In this document: piece after piece, positions 38,013-49,959 of the stretch
Position numbering within the stretch: the first letter of the stretch is position 1
Layout of the letters: every line of letters begins with the position of its first letter
DNA from: Klebsormidium nitens
Taxonomy: Eukaryota > Plantae > Klebsormidiophyceae
Direction of reading: 5' to 3'
DNA: 64,000 nucleotides
Assembly (NCBI GenBank): GCA_000708835.1
Contig: DF236990.1
Span: forward strand, 1 to 64,000
The notes under the pieces: generated by a model
Seen by the model: only the letters and a program-made list of their open reading frames with translations
Told to the model about the DNA's origin: nothing
Database searches by the model: none
Program-made: the position numbers and the translations under genes

Positions 38013-39605
38013 CTCTCCCACCTTGTAGGGGCCACCTTTGAGATTCAGAAAGATCTAGAAGTAAGGGCGCAACCCTAGACGAACTCTTCGCAACAAGGAA
38101 CACTCAGGCCCCTACCAAAAGCTATTTTGAGCTGGCCCCTTTACCACTGCAAACCTGCTGGCTTGCAAGCCCTATGACCAGCCAACAGATGCTGCAAGCA
38201 GGCCTTTGTCCCCAGGAACACGAGGTTTAAGGTGTTATGCCTGAGGTCACATCTTTTAGCTCCCAAAACCTTGGCCACCCGCTGAACTTGACTACCGTAT
38301 CACAATTCCCTATGAACAGCCTTTCCGCTTCACCTAATAGGATGACCACCTACGTATACGGAGCCCCTTCTTGCTTGTTCGAGCACCTTCCCTGATTCCC
38401 AGTTTGAGCACTTTCCCTCCTGCCCAAACAAAGCGCCTTCCCCCCTGCGCTTCCTGATCGATGACGGGAGCGCACGGTCAGGCCCGGGACCCCGCCTTCC
38501 TCTCCCTTCTCCCGAGCCCTGAGTAAAGGGGGACTTGCATCGACGTCGAATGCCATCGATCTGACTAATTCAAATCGGTAGCCGAGCCTGTAGAGGATAA
38601 GCCTCTGACTTAAAGCCATCGGACGGTTCAGATGAGTGCTTGGGAGGACGTAGTGGAGGACATTAATGAGCAACGGGAAAGAGACGGCTTCGATGGACAA
38701 GCCAGCGACTCAACCGTGTCCCCCGGCTGAAAATGCTCAGCCGCTCGCGGCTCCATACTCGCGGCGGCTCCATGGTCGCCAACAACCGTAGGTTGCAGGG
38801 CTGGTTAGCAGCAAACCGCACATGGAGTTAGAGCGCATCCGTGACTCATGCCGCCTAATGATTAAGATAATCCCAGGTTAGATATTATTCGGCGCGCCTA
38901 TAATCAATTCAGCGTTTACATGTAATTGGAGTCGAATAATCCACCTGTCACCGTTTACCTGCATGCACAGAGACTCGAGAGCATACGGTAGACGTCTCAT
39001 CTGCGCGGCCGTTTTCGTGCCACTTTGAAAGCATTGTAGCAGCGAATCGGAGGTCATTCTACATATCAATTGGACGATCGACCAATGGCTAGGTCGAGCA
39101 TTGTAGACGAGATTGCCTACTTGCATGATAACCTCCATCGCACTCATGGTGCGAACGGCGAGCCTCCGACAACTTGCACCTCATCCAACATATGAGCAGT
39201 ATCCATCATACTACAAAACGACTTAGTCGGGTCACTTTGTGGGACGTCAACGATCTAGGCCGCGCCAGCTCGAATCTACACCATGCCAATACCCAAGCTG
39301 CCATGCGTGGATTACTACGAATCACTATTGTTGTCCATGCAATGATCCGTGTCATGGCGTGTCCTGAATCAAAGTCACTACATGCGATGCGAAACTGTCG
39401 AGCAACCCATACAGAAAGGCAAGGAGTTCGTTCAGTCCCGAAGACAGATCTGAACGCAACACTGATCCCTGAGTATTTGTACACGCGACCACAAGCCGGG
39501 AGCATTCAATGTCGTCTATCAACAGAAACAAGAAGGAGCATCAACCCAATTGGAAGTCTTGAATATCCAAGCACGGGGATAGACTACGGAAGCTTGCAAT
39601 GGTCC

Positions 39606-42600
39606 TCAATACCGGGCCCCGGTCTTCCGATAGTGAACAGCGGTCAGCACACGGTCGTTCTGCAAGAGAAGAGATAAAAGAATTTGGAGCCATTTCTAAA
39701 AGGCGGCGCAACTTTGGCCATATCTTCTCTCAGAAGCTTGACGCTAGTCCAGTCTCGACACAATGCATCATGTTGCGTACACCCTCCTTTAAAGTGATTC
39801 TTAAGCACGCAATACACAAGGCTGAACCCTTCCATGAGCATGAACTACAAAAGCCGCAGGACTTATGCTGAGGACTTACGAAGGAAACCCTCAAGAAAGC
39901 CGGCATCAGTGGAGGGTGGTAGAAGCAAAACCAAAAATGAATCTTTCGACATTTCGGGGAGGCACCATACATACCTGCAGTTTCCCGTTCTCTGCAATTG
40001 CGTACAGAACATAGTGATCCCCCGTCTCCATTCGGCTCTTTACCATGCAGTCAAGGTAGGCAATCTGCACGAGGAAACGTGACGGCAACATTGTCAAGCA
40101 GATTTGCAAGTGCCGGAACTGACAGCCAAAACCCAGGGGACGCACAAAGACGGGCTGTTGTCTCAAGAACGGCATGCTAAGAGAGGCGATCTCTGAGATT
40201 GACGGCAGATCTTTTGTGAGGGCATCCGCAGTCTCGCGAAGAACAGCACTTTTGTGCCATTCACATAAAGGTTTAGATGATTCTTAGGAAGTAGAGCGGG
40301 TGGAGCAGATTGAATCCACTTTATGGGAGATTGTTAGAGGTTGATATCTCTTCCGCAAGGGCCTCAGTGCCAGCCAGTTGATACCAAAACCTCAGGCTCC
40401 CTAAAATACGCAGGTTTCCAAGACATTCCCTGATTGTGCACTTCGAGATTGCCTCTGAAGCAAACGGATGCGAAAGAGAACGAGAACCAGAAAAGGTCAA
40501 GATCTGTCAACCTGCAAAAAATCCAAGCCCTCGAGAAGTTCCAGGCAAAATCACTCCAACTTGTGAAAGAACAGCCCCCCAGAACGGGCCCTGGCTCTGG
40601 ATTTACTGCACCCGCTCAAATCAAGAGATTGTTGTTCAATACATCAAGAGTTAAATTCAAGATTGTCTTTTGCACAAGAAACCCGTGGCACGAGAGAGAA
40701 CTTGAAGTCCTTAAGCAACCAATAGAAGAGAAGAAGTGACTCAGTCGTCCATAACTCACCGCGTCGTTCAGAACGACCCCCCCGCTCTCGGTTTCCTGTG
40801 TCTCCAGCCCCTGCAGGCGCGCCTCGCCCGGCTTGAACGGCTTCAGCAGCTGCTTGCTAACCTTGCCCGCGTTATCCTGACCCAACACGTTGAGCGTGAA
40901 ACGGCCGCCCTCCAACACGAGGCCCTCCACGGCACGATCTTTTGCGACCTGCGGGAGGGAAAGCTAGCAGATATTACGGACAGCTAAGCAAAAGGGCAGA
41001 GATTTCTGAGCGATTAGCGAGAGAGGCGAGCGAACACCCTGCAGAAGCCGGCAGGCGACCTGCGGGAAGGAAAGCTTCGATATAACACATATAGCGGACA
41101 GCTAGGCAAAGGGCAGAAATCTTAGAGGCGATTAGCGACACAGGCAAGCGAACACCCTGCAACAGCCGGCAGGCGACCTGCGCAAAGGAAAGCTTCGATA
41201 TAACACATGTAGCGGACAGCTAGGCAAAGGGCAGAGATTCTTCGAGGCTGATAGCGAGACAGGCAAGCAAACACCCTGCAAGCCGGCCGCCTGCTGTGTG
41301 CCTTCAGAGATCCGGTGGCAGTTTGACGAGATCACAAAAGCCCAACTGCCAATGAGATTACCTAGCAAAGCAACCAGATTCTGAAGGCGTGGGGAGCAAC
41401 CGAATGATAACTGCGGGCACTTGATTGAGACCCGCTGATCAGCTTGCAAGCCCTGCGCTCTTGGCGTCCCAATCCCAAGACCCATTTTCGAACAACAGAA
41501 AGGAACAGAAAGACAACACGTACACGCCAAGCGTTACCAACCACTTACCGCGACTGTTAACCCGGGCGGGTTGAACGACGCCTGGCTAACCCAGCTCGCG
41601 AGCATCGCGCTCTCTGCATCCCCGTCCCGCGACACCAACACACACAGCGACCCCACCACGCGCCCCACCGCCTGCTCCACTGCTGATGACGCTAGTGACG
41701 TGGCAGTCTTCTCCTTGGACTTGCGAGCGCGCGTGTTGGCTTTCCGCACCGCTTGCGCGAGGTCGGTCCCCGACTCCTCGCAGGTCTGGAGCATCGACTC
41801 GGTTGGCTGTGGAAGAAGAGACAGCATTGTCAGATGACGTGAGCATAACGTCAGGATTGCAGACGCAGTCTATGCTCGCTTGAAGCATGACTTTGCTGGG
41901 CTCCAAGGAGCGAAAGTACAAGATTATGTCTCGGTCTCGGAACTTAACGCAGCAAGAGGGAAAGCACCGCTCCGCCACACAAAGAGAGCACAGGATTGAT
42001 GAAGCAACACCCAAGCAAGACGTCAGCACAGCATGATGACGACGTCAGCAGAGCGCGAACTTGAACTTGCAACAGAAGCAGGGAAGGGAAAGTCAAACGT
42101 TAGCCTTCAGCCTCCATGCGGCAACAGGGAACGCATCACTCCGCCACTCAACGAAAGGACGAACACTCGACCAGTCGACACCCTAAAACGATCTCAGCAG
42201 AAAGCGTGACAATAATGTCAGCAGAGGGCGACCTTGAATTTGCAGGAGATGACAGGGAAGGCGAAAGTTGCTTTGAATCCTCATGCTGCATTAGGAAGCG
42301 CGATTTGCCACAGAGTGGCGAGCACGGAAAGGTCAATCAGCTAGCTCTCAGAGAGACGTCAGCAGGCAGCGTGATGATGACGTCAGCAGAGGGCGGACCT
42401 TGAACTTGCAGCGAATGGCGGGGAAGGCGAAGTCGAAGCCGCCGTCCTTGAGGCGCTGCTCCAGCTCGTCGACCGCTTCTCCGCTCCAGCCGAAGCTGCC
42501 AAACACGCCGCACGGCTTGGCGCGCGCGTCGGGGTCCTTCAGGATCGCGCCCAGTGCCAGCTGCGGGAATGACAGGAAAAAGGGTGAATTTTATTTACTC

Positions 42601-45600
42601 CTACAGTTTAGGTAGGATACTTTCTAGGTAGGATGGTAACCAGTTCCCGGGAGAAACAAAACAGGATTTTATACTAACCCGCTCCGCACCGGTACCCACC
42701 CTAACCGCCGGACTAACCCTACCCGTTCTCCGGGCATTTACCATATCCTACCTAGAACTATCCTAACTAAGATATAGGAGTATATCAATCAATTCAATGG
42801 AGCTAGGGGCGCAAAGTCGGAGTAGATGATCATACTCTCAAGCGAAGGCGGGCATAAGGAGGACAACAACTTCACGAAACTTGTCAAACTGTCCGGGACT
42901 CTTCAGAGTCGCGCAGAGCGCCAGCGGTGGAAACTCAGATGCGAATCGGTTGGCCTAAGCGAAAACTATTCGAGTCAGCGTGTGCTTCAGTTACTGACCG
43001 CTTCCTAACAGCAAAATGTTTGGAGAGAAAGTTGAAGAAGAAACTAAAAGTAGAAACCTTCCAAACCCCCAGAGAGAAAGGGGTCATAACGGCTGGAAGG
43101 AATCCGGAGTTCGAGGGAATATACAAAGGACCATGCAATCCGACAACACACGACGTCCATACATACACAGAGAACGACTTTCCCTTTCTTCAACTGAATG
43201 ACGAACGAGACGACCTTGACATGCCTATCGAAATTTCTATCTCGAAACTGGTATCTCACAACTGTTGAAATTCAGTAAGGCCCCGTTACCTGCACGGGCG
43301 TGGGCATGTGGCCCCCCAGCGTTGGGCTGCCAACCACGAAGCCGTCGCTTCTGGACACAATCTCCGCGACCTCAGAGGCGCTGCTCTGCTCGCAGTTCAC
43401 CGTCTCGATGCTGACGCCAGCCTTGGATACTCCACGACTGCGATAAAAATGAAACAGTTGTGGAGAATGAATAGTGTGGGGTTATTTATGCGTGTTTGCG
43501 TGAGGGGAGAAGACCATTGGACCAGCCCTCCAAATTTGGAGTGACGGACGCGGTACAACTTTGTCATCAAGACTCTGCATTGTTGTACGGGAAACTTCTG
43601 ACCAACGCTTTTTCAGGGCCCCTATGCAACTGTCCAGGTTCACAAAACGAGTGGTTACACCGACGCAGGGTGCTTTGCTTCTTTTATTTTAGTACCTACA
43701 AGTCAGCGACGTCTGAGCTTTCACCTATCTCGACATTTGAGTAGAGCTGATCGATCACCGTGTCGAATAAGCAGATGGGGTGCTTCACAAAGAGCCTGGT
43801 GATGGATGTCTATCGTGGAAAAGGTTTAGCGCGGCAGCGGCAGCATACTTTTCCAGACGACGGTTCGACAAAAGTTGTCGCTGGTGGATGAAGAAGTATC
43901 CACAGCCCATCTCTTCTCTCACAGCATGGACCAACCGCTGGACGGAGGAACAACTTAATACAGTCTCATGAGAAGCTTACCTGATGGCTTGCGCCAGGGC
44001 TGCTGTGTTTCCGTACGCTGACGCGTAAATGACGGCAATGCTGGCTTCCGTAGCCAGCTGAATCTGGGCCGCAGTCCACTGTAGAGAGAGGAGGCAATCT
44101 TGAAGCCGACGTAAAAAGTCACTGTCACTGATGCGAGATTGCTTCTTGAGCTTTTGGAACGTCTGAAGTCGTTATGTATGCTTGCTAAAAGAAGCGACTT
44201 GCGGGGGGGAAACATGGAAGTGCGGAACGGATCCAATATGTGGAACCTCTCTTCTAGGACATGAACCAGTGGAAGACCAGAAACATTGTCGGGTTCAGAC
44301 GACCCCGAAGTAAATCAAGCTGAAGGCCGCAACAATAATCAAAGCAAAGCAGACGCAACTCTGTCTCTTTTAGGCAGGCTTCAAAACAGCCAGCTTTCAT
44401 ATTCTCTTCAAGATCCTTGGTTGTGACTTCGCACGTTCTTCGACTGGATCCTCAATCTCGCAGTAATCCACATATCCTCCGACAAAATTCTCGATCAAGG
44501 GGCTTCCGTTTACTTTGTACTTTGGTAAAAACACCGAGAGTAGATTTGGGGGAACCCTCACCTCCCGGTACTCTCTGACGAGCTCGGTCACAGTCGACCG
44601 CACCACTGGTCCATGGATGGGTGCCAGAGCTTTCACGACGATGACGCCCTCCGCCGCCGCCGGCTCGCCTTCTGGAAGCTTCAAGAAGCTGCGCAGCACT
44701 TGGCTGATGAACTTCGCATCGGCCTGCGAGATCATGAGATGGGACGTCATGTTTTAGGACGTAATCGGACGGTCTCGAGCGCTGAACTCTGATGAAGAAA
44801 GGGAAAATTTTCCAAAAGTTGCGCGTTTCTGGACTTTGAAGCCGCCCGGGAACGCAAGAATAGTCTCGCACTTGCAAAGTAGGGGTCCTCCGTGGCTTTG
44901 ACAAGCCGATAGGAGTAAGCTGTTGAAAGAAATGTGCATGGCTTGCGAGGCGCATTCCGCCTCCCGAGTCACGGGAAGAACGTGAACATCGTAGAGGAGA
45001 ACGAGAATCAAAGACAGGCTTTCATTTATCCAGAAAGAAATGAAAATTTGCAGAGGGATCAGGCAGGAATCGGCTTTCAGATGAGGCATCACGTATTCTC
45101 GACTGGTAGGTCTGCTTATGACCTAAAGTAGACATGTTGGCAAGCATGCGGACCGCCAAAAGAATGGGCGTTTACCTTCACAATCTCCACTCCCCGAAGC
45201 CCAGCGTATGAGACGCCCTTGATCTGGGCTGCAATTGGGAGCTTCTCCAATGCAGCGGCGGCCTGCAACACGTCACTTGTCCGTCAATTACTCTCAAAGC
45301 GCAAAAAACCGGCCAGTCGGATATGGTGGTAGGATATTGACGGAAATGTGACGTCTTGGACCAATCGGGCGAGTTGAAGCCGACGATATTGATTGCATAT
45401 TGATAACGCAAACTCCACAATCAAGAAAACTTTTCGGTATTCGATTGACGAATCTAGAATCCTTCGGGATATATTGCCGAAGAAAGCAGAAGAAACAACT
45501 ACGCATGCACTTTCCACAGGCCTATGGCGGCACAAGTAACCTTCAAGAGAAGGGTCTCTCAAAGGGTTGTGCATGCCTCTTCTGAGGGCTTGGTTACAAC

Positions 45601-48600
45601 CAACGGGCCGATTGGCCGCTACATGACCTAGATTATGCAGTGAAAGCTCGATAATCTAGATTACAATAATCTAAGGACCTCCACAAAGTTGCCCTTGAAG
45701 AGACATATCAAGAAGACCAGGGAAGAAGTAACGTGTCAGCCAGGGAAGATCCACGTGGCCCTTACCTGGCGCGCAACTGGTGCCAGCATGCAGTCGAAGT
45801 AGTATTTCCAGTCAACGCCAAACGCCTCCCAGCCCCCCCGGTCAAAATCGTTCTCGCTTGCCACGTGGGCACTGCATTTGGACGGTGTACCGAGTCATCA
45901 GCTGATGACGGTTCGTGACGTCAGCTGTCAGTGTTTCGCAACATCAAGCAGAGGTTTACGTGATGCCAGTGGATAGTGCGCAGCGGACAGAATGGATACG
46001 CGTCTTTGAGCGCAGAACACAACGGACTGATCAGGAAGCGCGCCTCCAGAAGCACACGCGACACGTGTCAACTTGCCATCATAGAGGGTACATAACTTGC
46101 AAACCAGGCAGCAAATATTTTCCGCTTTCCTCGAACCGATCCTATCAAATGATGCCACACCAGCATGGGCGCAATTGAAGCAAGAAATCGCACCTGAAGA
46201 GTTTGTGCGTGTAGAGAATTTTGGACGCAGCATCGTACGTCATCATCCCATCGGGCCATCTGGGCGTGGGGGTCAGGAAGAAGCGAAGCTGGTGACCTGA
46301 ATGAACGGATGGATCGCGGTTATTTCAAAATGAACCTGTGCATAATCAGATCCTTGCAAAAGCAAGCAGCAGTCCGGGGACTTTTGAGTGATTGCTTGCA
46401 CGTTTCCTTGCTCTTGCTCTGCACAAACTTCCGATTCCTAGTAAGCTCCTCATCCGAAGGGATTGGTGAGCCCTTGGGACGTTCTGGTGTGTGGACAACA
46501 GGGACGCAGAGCTTCTACGAAAGTGACCCCGGTGTTTAGTAGTATGATTACTGTGCAGAGCAAATCGAGCCAGGTGTCCCCCTCTAAGGACACCCAGGCT
46601 CCGACTGGACATGCATACAGCGTTATCATGCGGCAAGGCGACACCAAGCACCAGCTTAGCCAAACCTCAGGTTTCTTCAACAAGACTGTTCACGCATTCA
46701 TTAGGATCTTGAGGCCTCCGGACCCTAACCCCCACGAACTGACCACTTCAATTGAGCGCGGAACCCAATGGCTCTCGAGGTCACTCACTTTCTACCTGGA
46801 AGAACAAGGAAACAGCCCCTTATGGGAAACTTGGAGTTTGGAGCTTCTCAACTCAGAAACGAAGGGAAAAAGTCTCACCGCCACCAAGGTCCAATTGATC
46901 CCCCGCCTTTGCAACCTTGATGTCCAGCTTCTCGGTCAGCCCCGGCTCTTTGTTATCCAACTCGAGCAGAGCGTTGCGGGCAGGATTCGAGCAGTGGACC
47001 TTCAGAGGCGGAGCTGCATATACAAAGACGGGTGCTGAGGAAACAACTTTTGGGGAAAAGTGGAAAGTTCCTCATCAGGACGAATCAAAGAGGGCGACGG
47101 GGGGACGGTTCCAGTCAGCGATCCTTTAGCGCAGGCTCCCCTCGAATGGTCGCCCAAGGACACTGATGCTGTCATGATTGCATCCATGCTCATTTGCATT
47201 GTAACAATTGTATGTTGCCGGAGGGACTAGTAAAGAAATATTAGACGAGGGGGGATCAAAGAGACAAACTCTGCCGACTTTTGGTGCAGAGGACGAAGAT
47301 GTTCCACACTTATCATCCCCCTCCCCTGGCATCAGCAAAGCTTTTCTGTGAAGTAGACAGCAAAGCAGGACTCTAACTGGGTTGAGGCTTTGAACACTAC
47401 GGTCCACAGAAGTGCACCCGCCCGCTGTTCAAGCTTACCGTTGGAGGAGCGCTCCTTCAGAAGCGCCACCAGACTGTCCGCTCGCTTCGGGCTGAAGTGC
47501 CCCAAGATGAGGTACGTGATGTCATCAATCCCAACTTTGGTCTTCAGCTGCTCAACGAAAGCGTCGGTCCACGCCTGGTCAGGTACGTCGATGAGGGCGG
47601 TCCCGTCTTGAGCTTGGATCAGATAGGAGTTGTTGGTGGTGCCTCTTTTCAGGTTGTACTCAATCTGCAAAACAAGATGCGTAGCTGTTCTTACATACGC
47701 CTCAAGTTCTTTGGATGAAGTCCAGATCTCTTCAGTCGTCCAATTGAGGTCTTGTGACATTCACCCAAAACTTTGATCACTCACTTATTCGACGTGCTAG
47801 AATTTAGTGGACTCAGTCAGTCGACTAATTCTGACCTCACAGTTACCTCCTAGAGCAATGCCGCACGAACGCCTTGAATTCTCGTGAGCAAGATCATTTT
47901 TCTACTTTGGAAAAGCCCTTGCGGGTCAGTGACCCTAACATGGACGGTTAGGCATAGAGATGGTGACATATGGTGCAAAGGCCCGCAATGCAACTCCACT
48001 TTACTTCCCATGTAATTCCAAACGAAGCAATCAGCGGAGCTTCTCAGACCTTGTTTGACATGTCTAGAGGTTCTAGCTTTTGGTCCTCAGCAAAAGATCA
48101 CCAGTCCAAAAGCAGCCACTTCACTGCGCATTGGACATTCCTCGAGGCAACCACTTCTGAAGCCACACTCAGCGTTTGCTTATGCGAGTTTCAAGCATCA
48201 CCTCAACGCTGAGGTCATCGTCGCTTCTTACCTCGAACTTGAGCCTGTCTTGGCTGTACCCCCTTAAAGAGAACGTGTCTGGGCCAATGTCCACAACCCT
48301 CACTTCACTCTCTTGCTTTACAGGCGCCGAGGGAGGGGGCCCTCTGGGGGGGGCCTCTGTGGTCTCAAGAGTAGCCTGGACTGATCCCCCGTCGGCGGCC
48401 CTCCTTGCTACTTGCCGGTGCTTGGAGGCGGTCACCACGCGAAATGCCTACAAAAACAAGCAAGTTTTGCTGACTGAATCAGCCATAGGTTCAGAACAGC
48501 CAAAAAATATGGAGATGTTTCCGATTGAAGTTGATAGTAAACCCGCCTCATTGTGTAACAAGCTAGATGTCAAGCATAGCATTCTAGCTGGTTCACAGAA

Positions 48601-49116
48601 GGGTCCAGCAAACGACGTTAACCTGGTGTCCCAACCAAAACCTCCCACTAGAAAAGAGCGTGAATAGCTTGCACAGAAAACGACTCCAACAGGGCTAAAG
48701 AACAACCAGAATTTCACGCCAGCATCTACCCATAAGAACAACAAACAATGATTTGTAGAGGAACTCTTCATGTTAAAAAGCAAGGGCTACATTAATCTCA
48801 GCGTAATTCTGCCAAAGGTTCTGCAGACTCTGTCAAACTTAATCCAAAAAAATGTTACTGACGTCAATGTGACATTGCAATGCTAAGCAAATGCTACGTG
48901 GTTCACCTGTACGGAGGATGTCTGACTGCACAACCATAATCTGTCTCCTGGCCCCCCATTAGCTTGCCGACCAGCTTGCATGCATAGCCGCCTGTTTGAG
49001 AGCCCATTTTGGACAAGTGGCACATTATCTGACCACCTCCCAGTCTCATTGACATGGTGGAGACGACCTTTCAAAAAAGGACCGAAGCGGCTGGAGGATA
49101 GCTGAACCGCTTGCAT
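39606..49116 (-). CDS. FLVA: Chloroplast flavodiiron protein, Flv1/FLVA type (beta-lactamase-like + flavodoxin + flavin reductase domains), 15 exons, 754 aa
   Basis: Exons: 49116-48907, 48447-48232, 47664-47418, 47013-46879, 46296-46194, 45871-45766, 45262-45176, 44723-44562, 44078-43981, 43437-43290, 42560-42399, 41806-41549, 40948-40760, 40064-39975, 39659-39606 (2265 nt). Motifs: EYNLKRGTTNNSYLI, TPTPRWPD, YYFDCML, PIHGP, IYASAYGNT, GSPTLGGH, FGSFGWSGEAVD, ASWVSQASFNPPGLTVAVAKDRA, GDH, TAVHYRKTG. Transit-peptide-like first exon. Confidence 0.93.
40945..41295 (-). repeat. ~111-118 bp x3 tandem repeat duplicating the 3' splice site of FLVA intron 12
   Basis: cgacctgcg..aaagct..gata..cggacagcta(a/g)gcaaa..gggcaga units begin at 40945, 41056 and 41174. 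On the sense strand each contains CGCAG|GTCGC. Confidence 0.9.
42015..42420 (-). repeat. ~170 bp spaced copies of the FLVA exon 11 end plus donor
   Basis: Real junction TGCAAGTTCAAG|GTCCGCCCTCTGCTGACGTCATC at 42399. Copies: TGCAAATTCAAG|GTCGCCCTCTGCTGAC (~42232) and TGCAAGTTCAAG|TTCGCGCTCTGCTGACGTCGTC (~42059). Confidence 0.85.
42598..42780. mobile_element. Stowaway-like (Tc1/mariner) MITE in FLVA intron 10, 183 bp
   Basis: TA|CTCC...GGAG|TA termini with ~55-bp imperfect TIRs (ctcctacagtttaggtaggatactttctaggtaggatggtaa versus reverse complement ctcctatatcttagttaggatagttctaggtaggatatggtaa). TA TSD at 42596-42597 and 42781-42782. Confidence 0.75.
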
Positions 49117-49354
49117 TGTGGCGTCCCTGCAATGCCGGGCTCAAGGCGGTGAATTGTTCGTCACAACACCCCTCTGTCAATGGCAAGAGCATATGCTCTG
49201 GACCAAGCTCTACAACAATAGAAAAGTTTCGCACAATTGCAGCCCTGCCCCTAATAGTAACACTGTTGCTGCCCCGAAGGCGTCTCTCTGTTGCTCTAGC
49301 TCCAGAAACTGCTGGGGTCTCCCCAGGAATCCTTGCTCTGGCTAGACGACTTTA

Positions 49355-49959
49355 GGGTACCGTCATTTTGTACCTGGTACCCCCCCATATTTAATTGGGG
49401 GGGGGGGGCTCGAGGCCTCAGTGGTGACGCGGGTTGGGANNNNNNNNNNNNNNNNNNNNNNNNNNNNNNNNNNNNNNNNNNNNNNNNNNNNNNNNNNNNN
49501 NNNNNNNNNNNNNNNNNNNNNNNNNNNNNNNNNNNNNNNNNNNNNNNNNNNNNNNNNNNNNNGAGATTCAGGGCCCCCCTGGGGGGACGGCTTGAGGCTT
49601 CCGAGCGGAGGGTCTTATGAGCGACGTTCACCAACATATCTTTGTGTTTGTCCCTCAAATGAGCATCAAAAGTGTCAAAGTGGTTCGCAGACTTCAAAGA
49701 GCTGCCCTGCGGGGCTAACTAGCTTTCAAAAAGCGAGGGATATATACGAGCATTTGTTAATACCATACAGGAAAAAATAATCAAAAAAACGGGTTTCTGG
49801 CTTTGGCTTCACTGCCCTCTTATGCAGCAGGGCCTAGGGGGGGGGGGGCTTGGGGCCTCTCGGCGCAGCCGAGGCCCCCCAGGGGTCCTGGCAAGGGGCA
49901 ACTTCCGAAAATGGTCGATTTAAACATGGGGGGGTACCAGTTACAAAATGACGGTACCC
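49355..49959. mobile_element. PIF/Harbinger (Tourist-like) MITE containing an assembly gap
   Basis: 31-bp TIRs GGGTACCGTCATTTTGTA(C/A)CTGGTACCCCCC with 1 mismatch. TTA TSD at 49352-49354 and 49960-49962. Shares the terminal GGGTACCGTCA and an internal G-run+GCT(C/T)GAG motif with the 6726-7153 element. Confidence 0.88.
49440..49562. other. Assembly gap (N run)
   Basis: Run of Ns inside the G-run-rich MITE. True length is unknown. Confidence 0.99.

Noticed and set aside
40945-42420. Repeat arrays as CRISPR-like arrays
   Set aside because: Units are >100 bp tandem copies of host splice junctions with no unique spacers and no cas genes, in eukaryotic introns.
976-49116. Bacterial contamination or recent HGT for the CBA1 and FLV genes
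   Set aside because: Both have many spliceosomal introns and eukaryotic targeting peptides, and sit among typical eukaryotic genes.
49296-49780. ORFs spanning the N run
   Set aside because: Artefacts of translating through the assembly gap inside a MITE.
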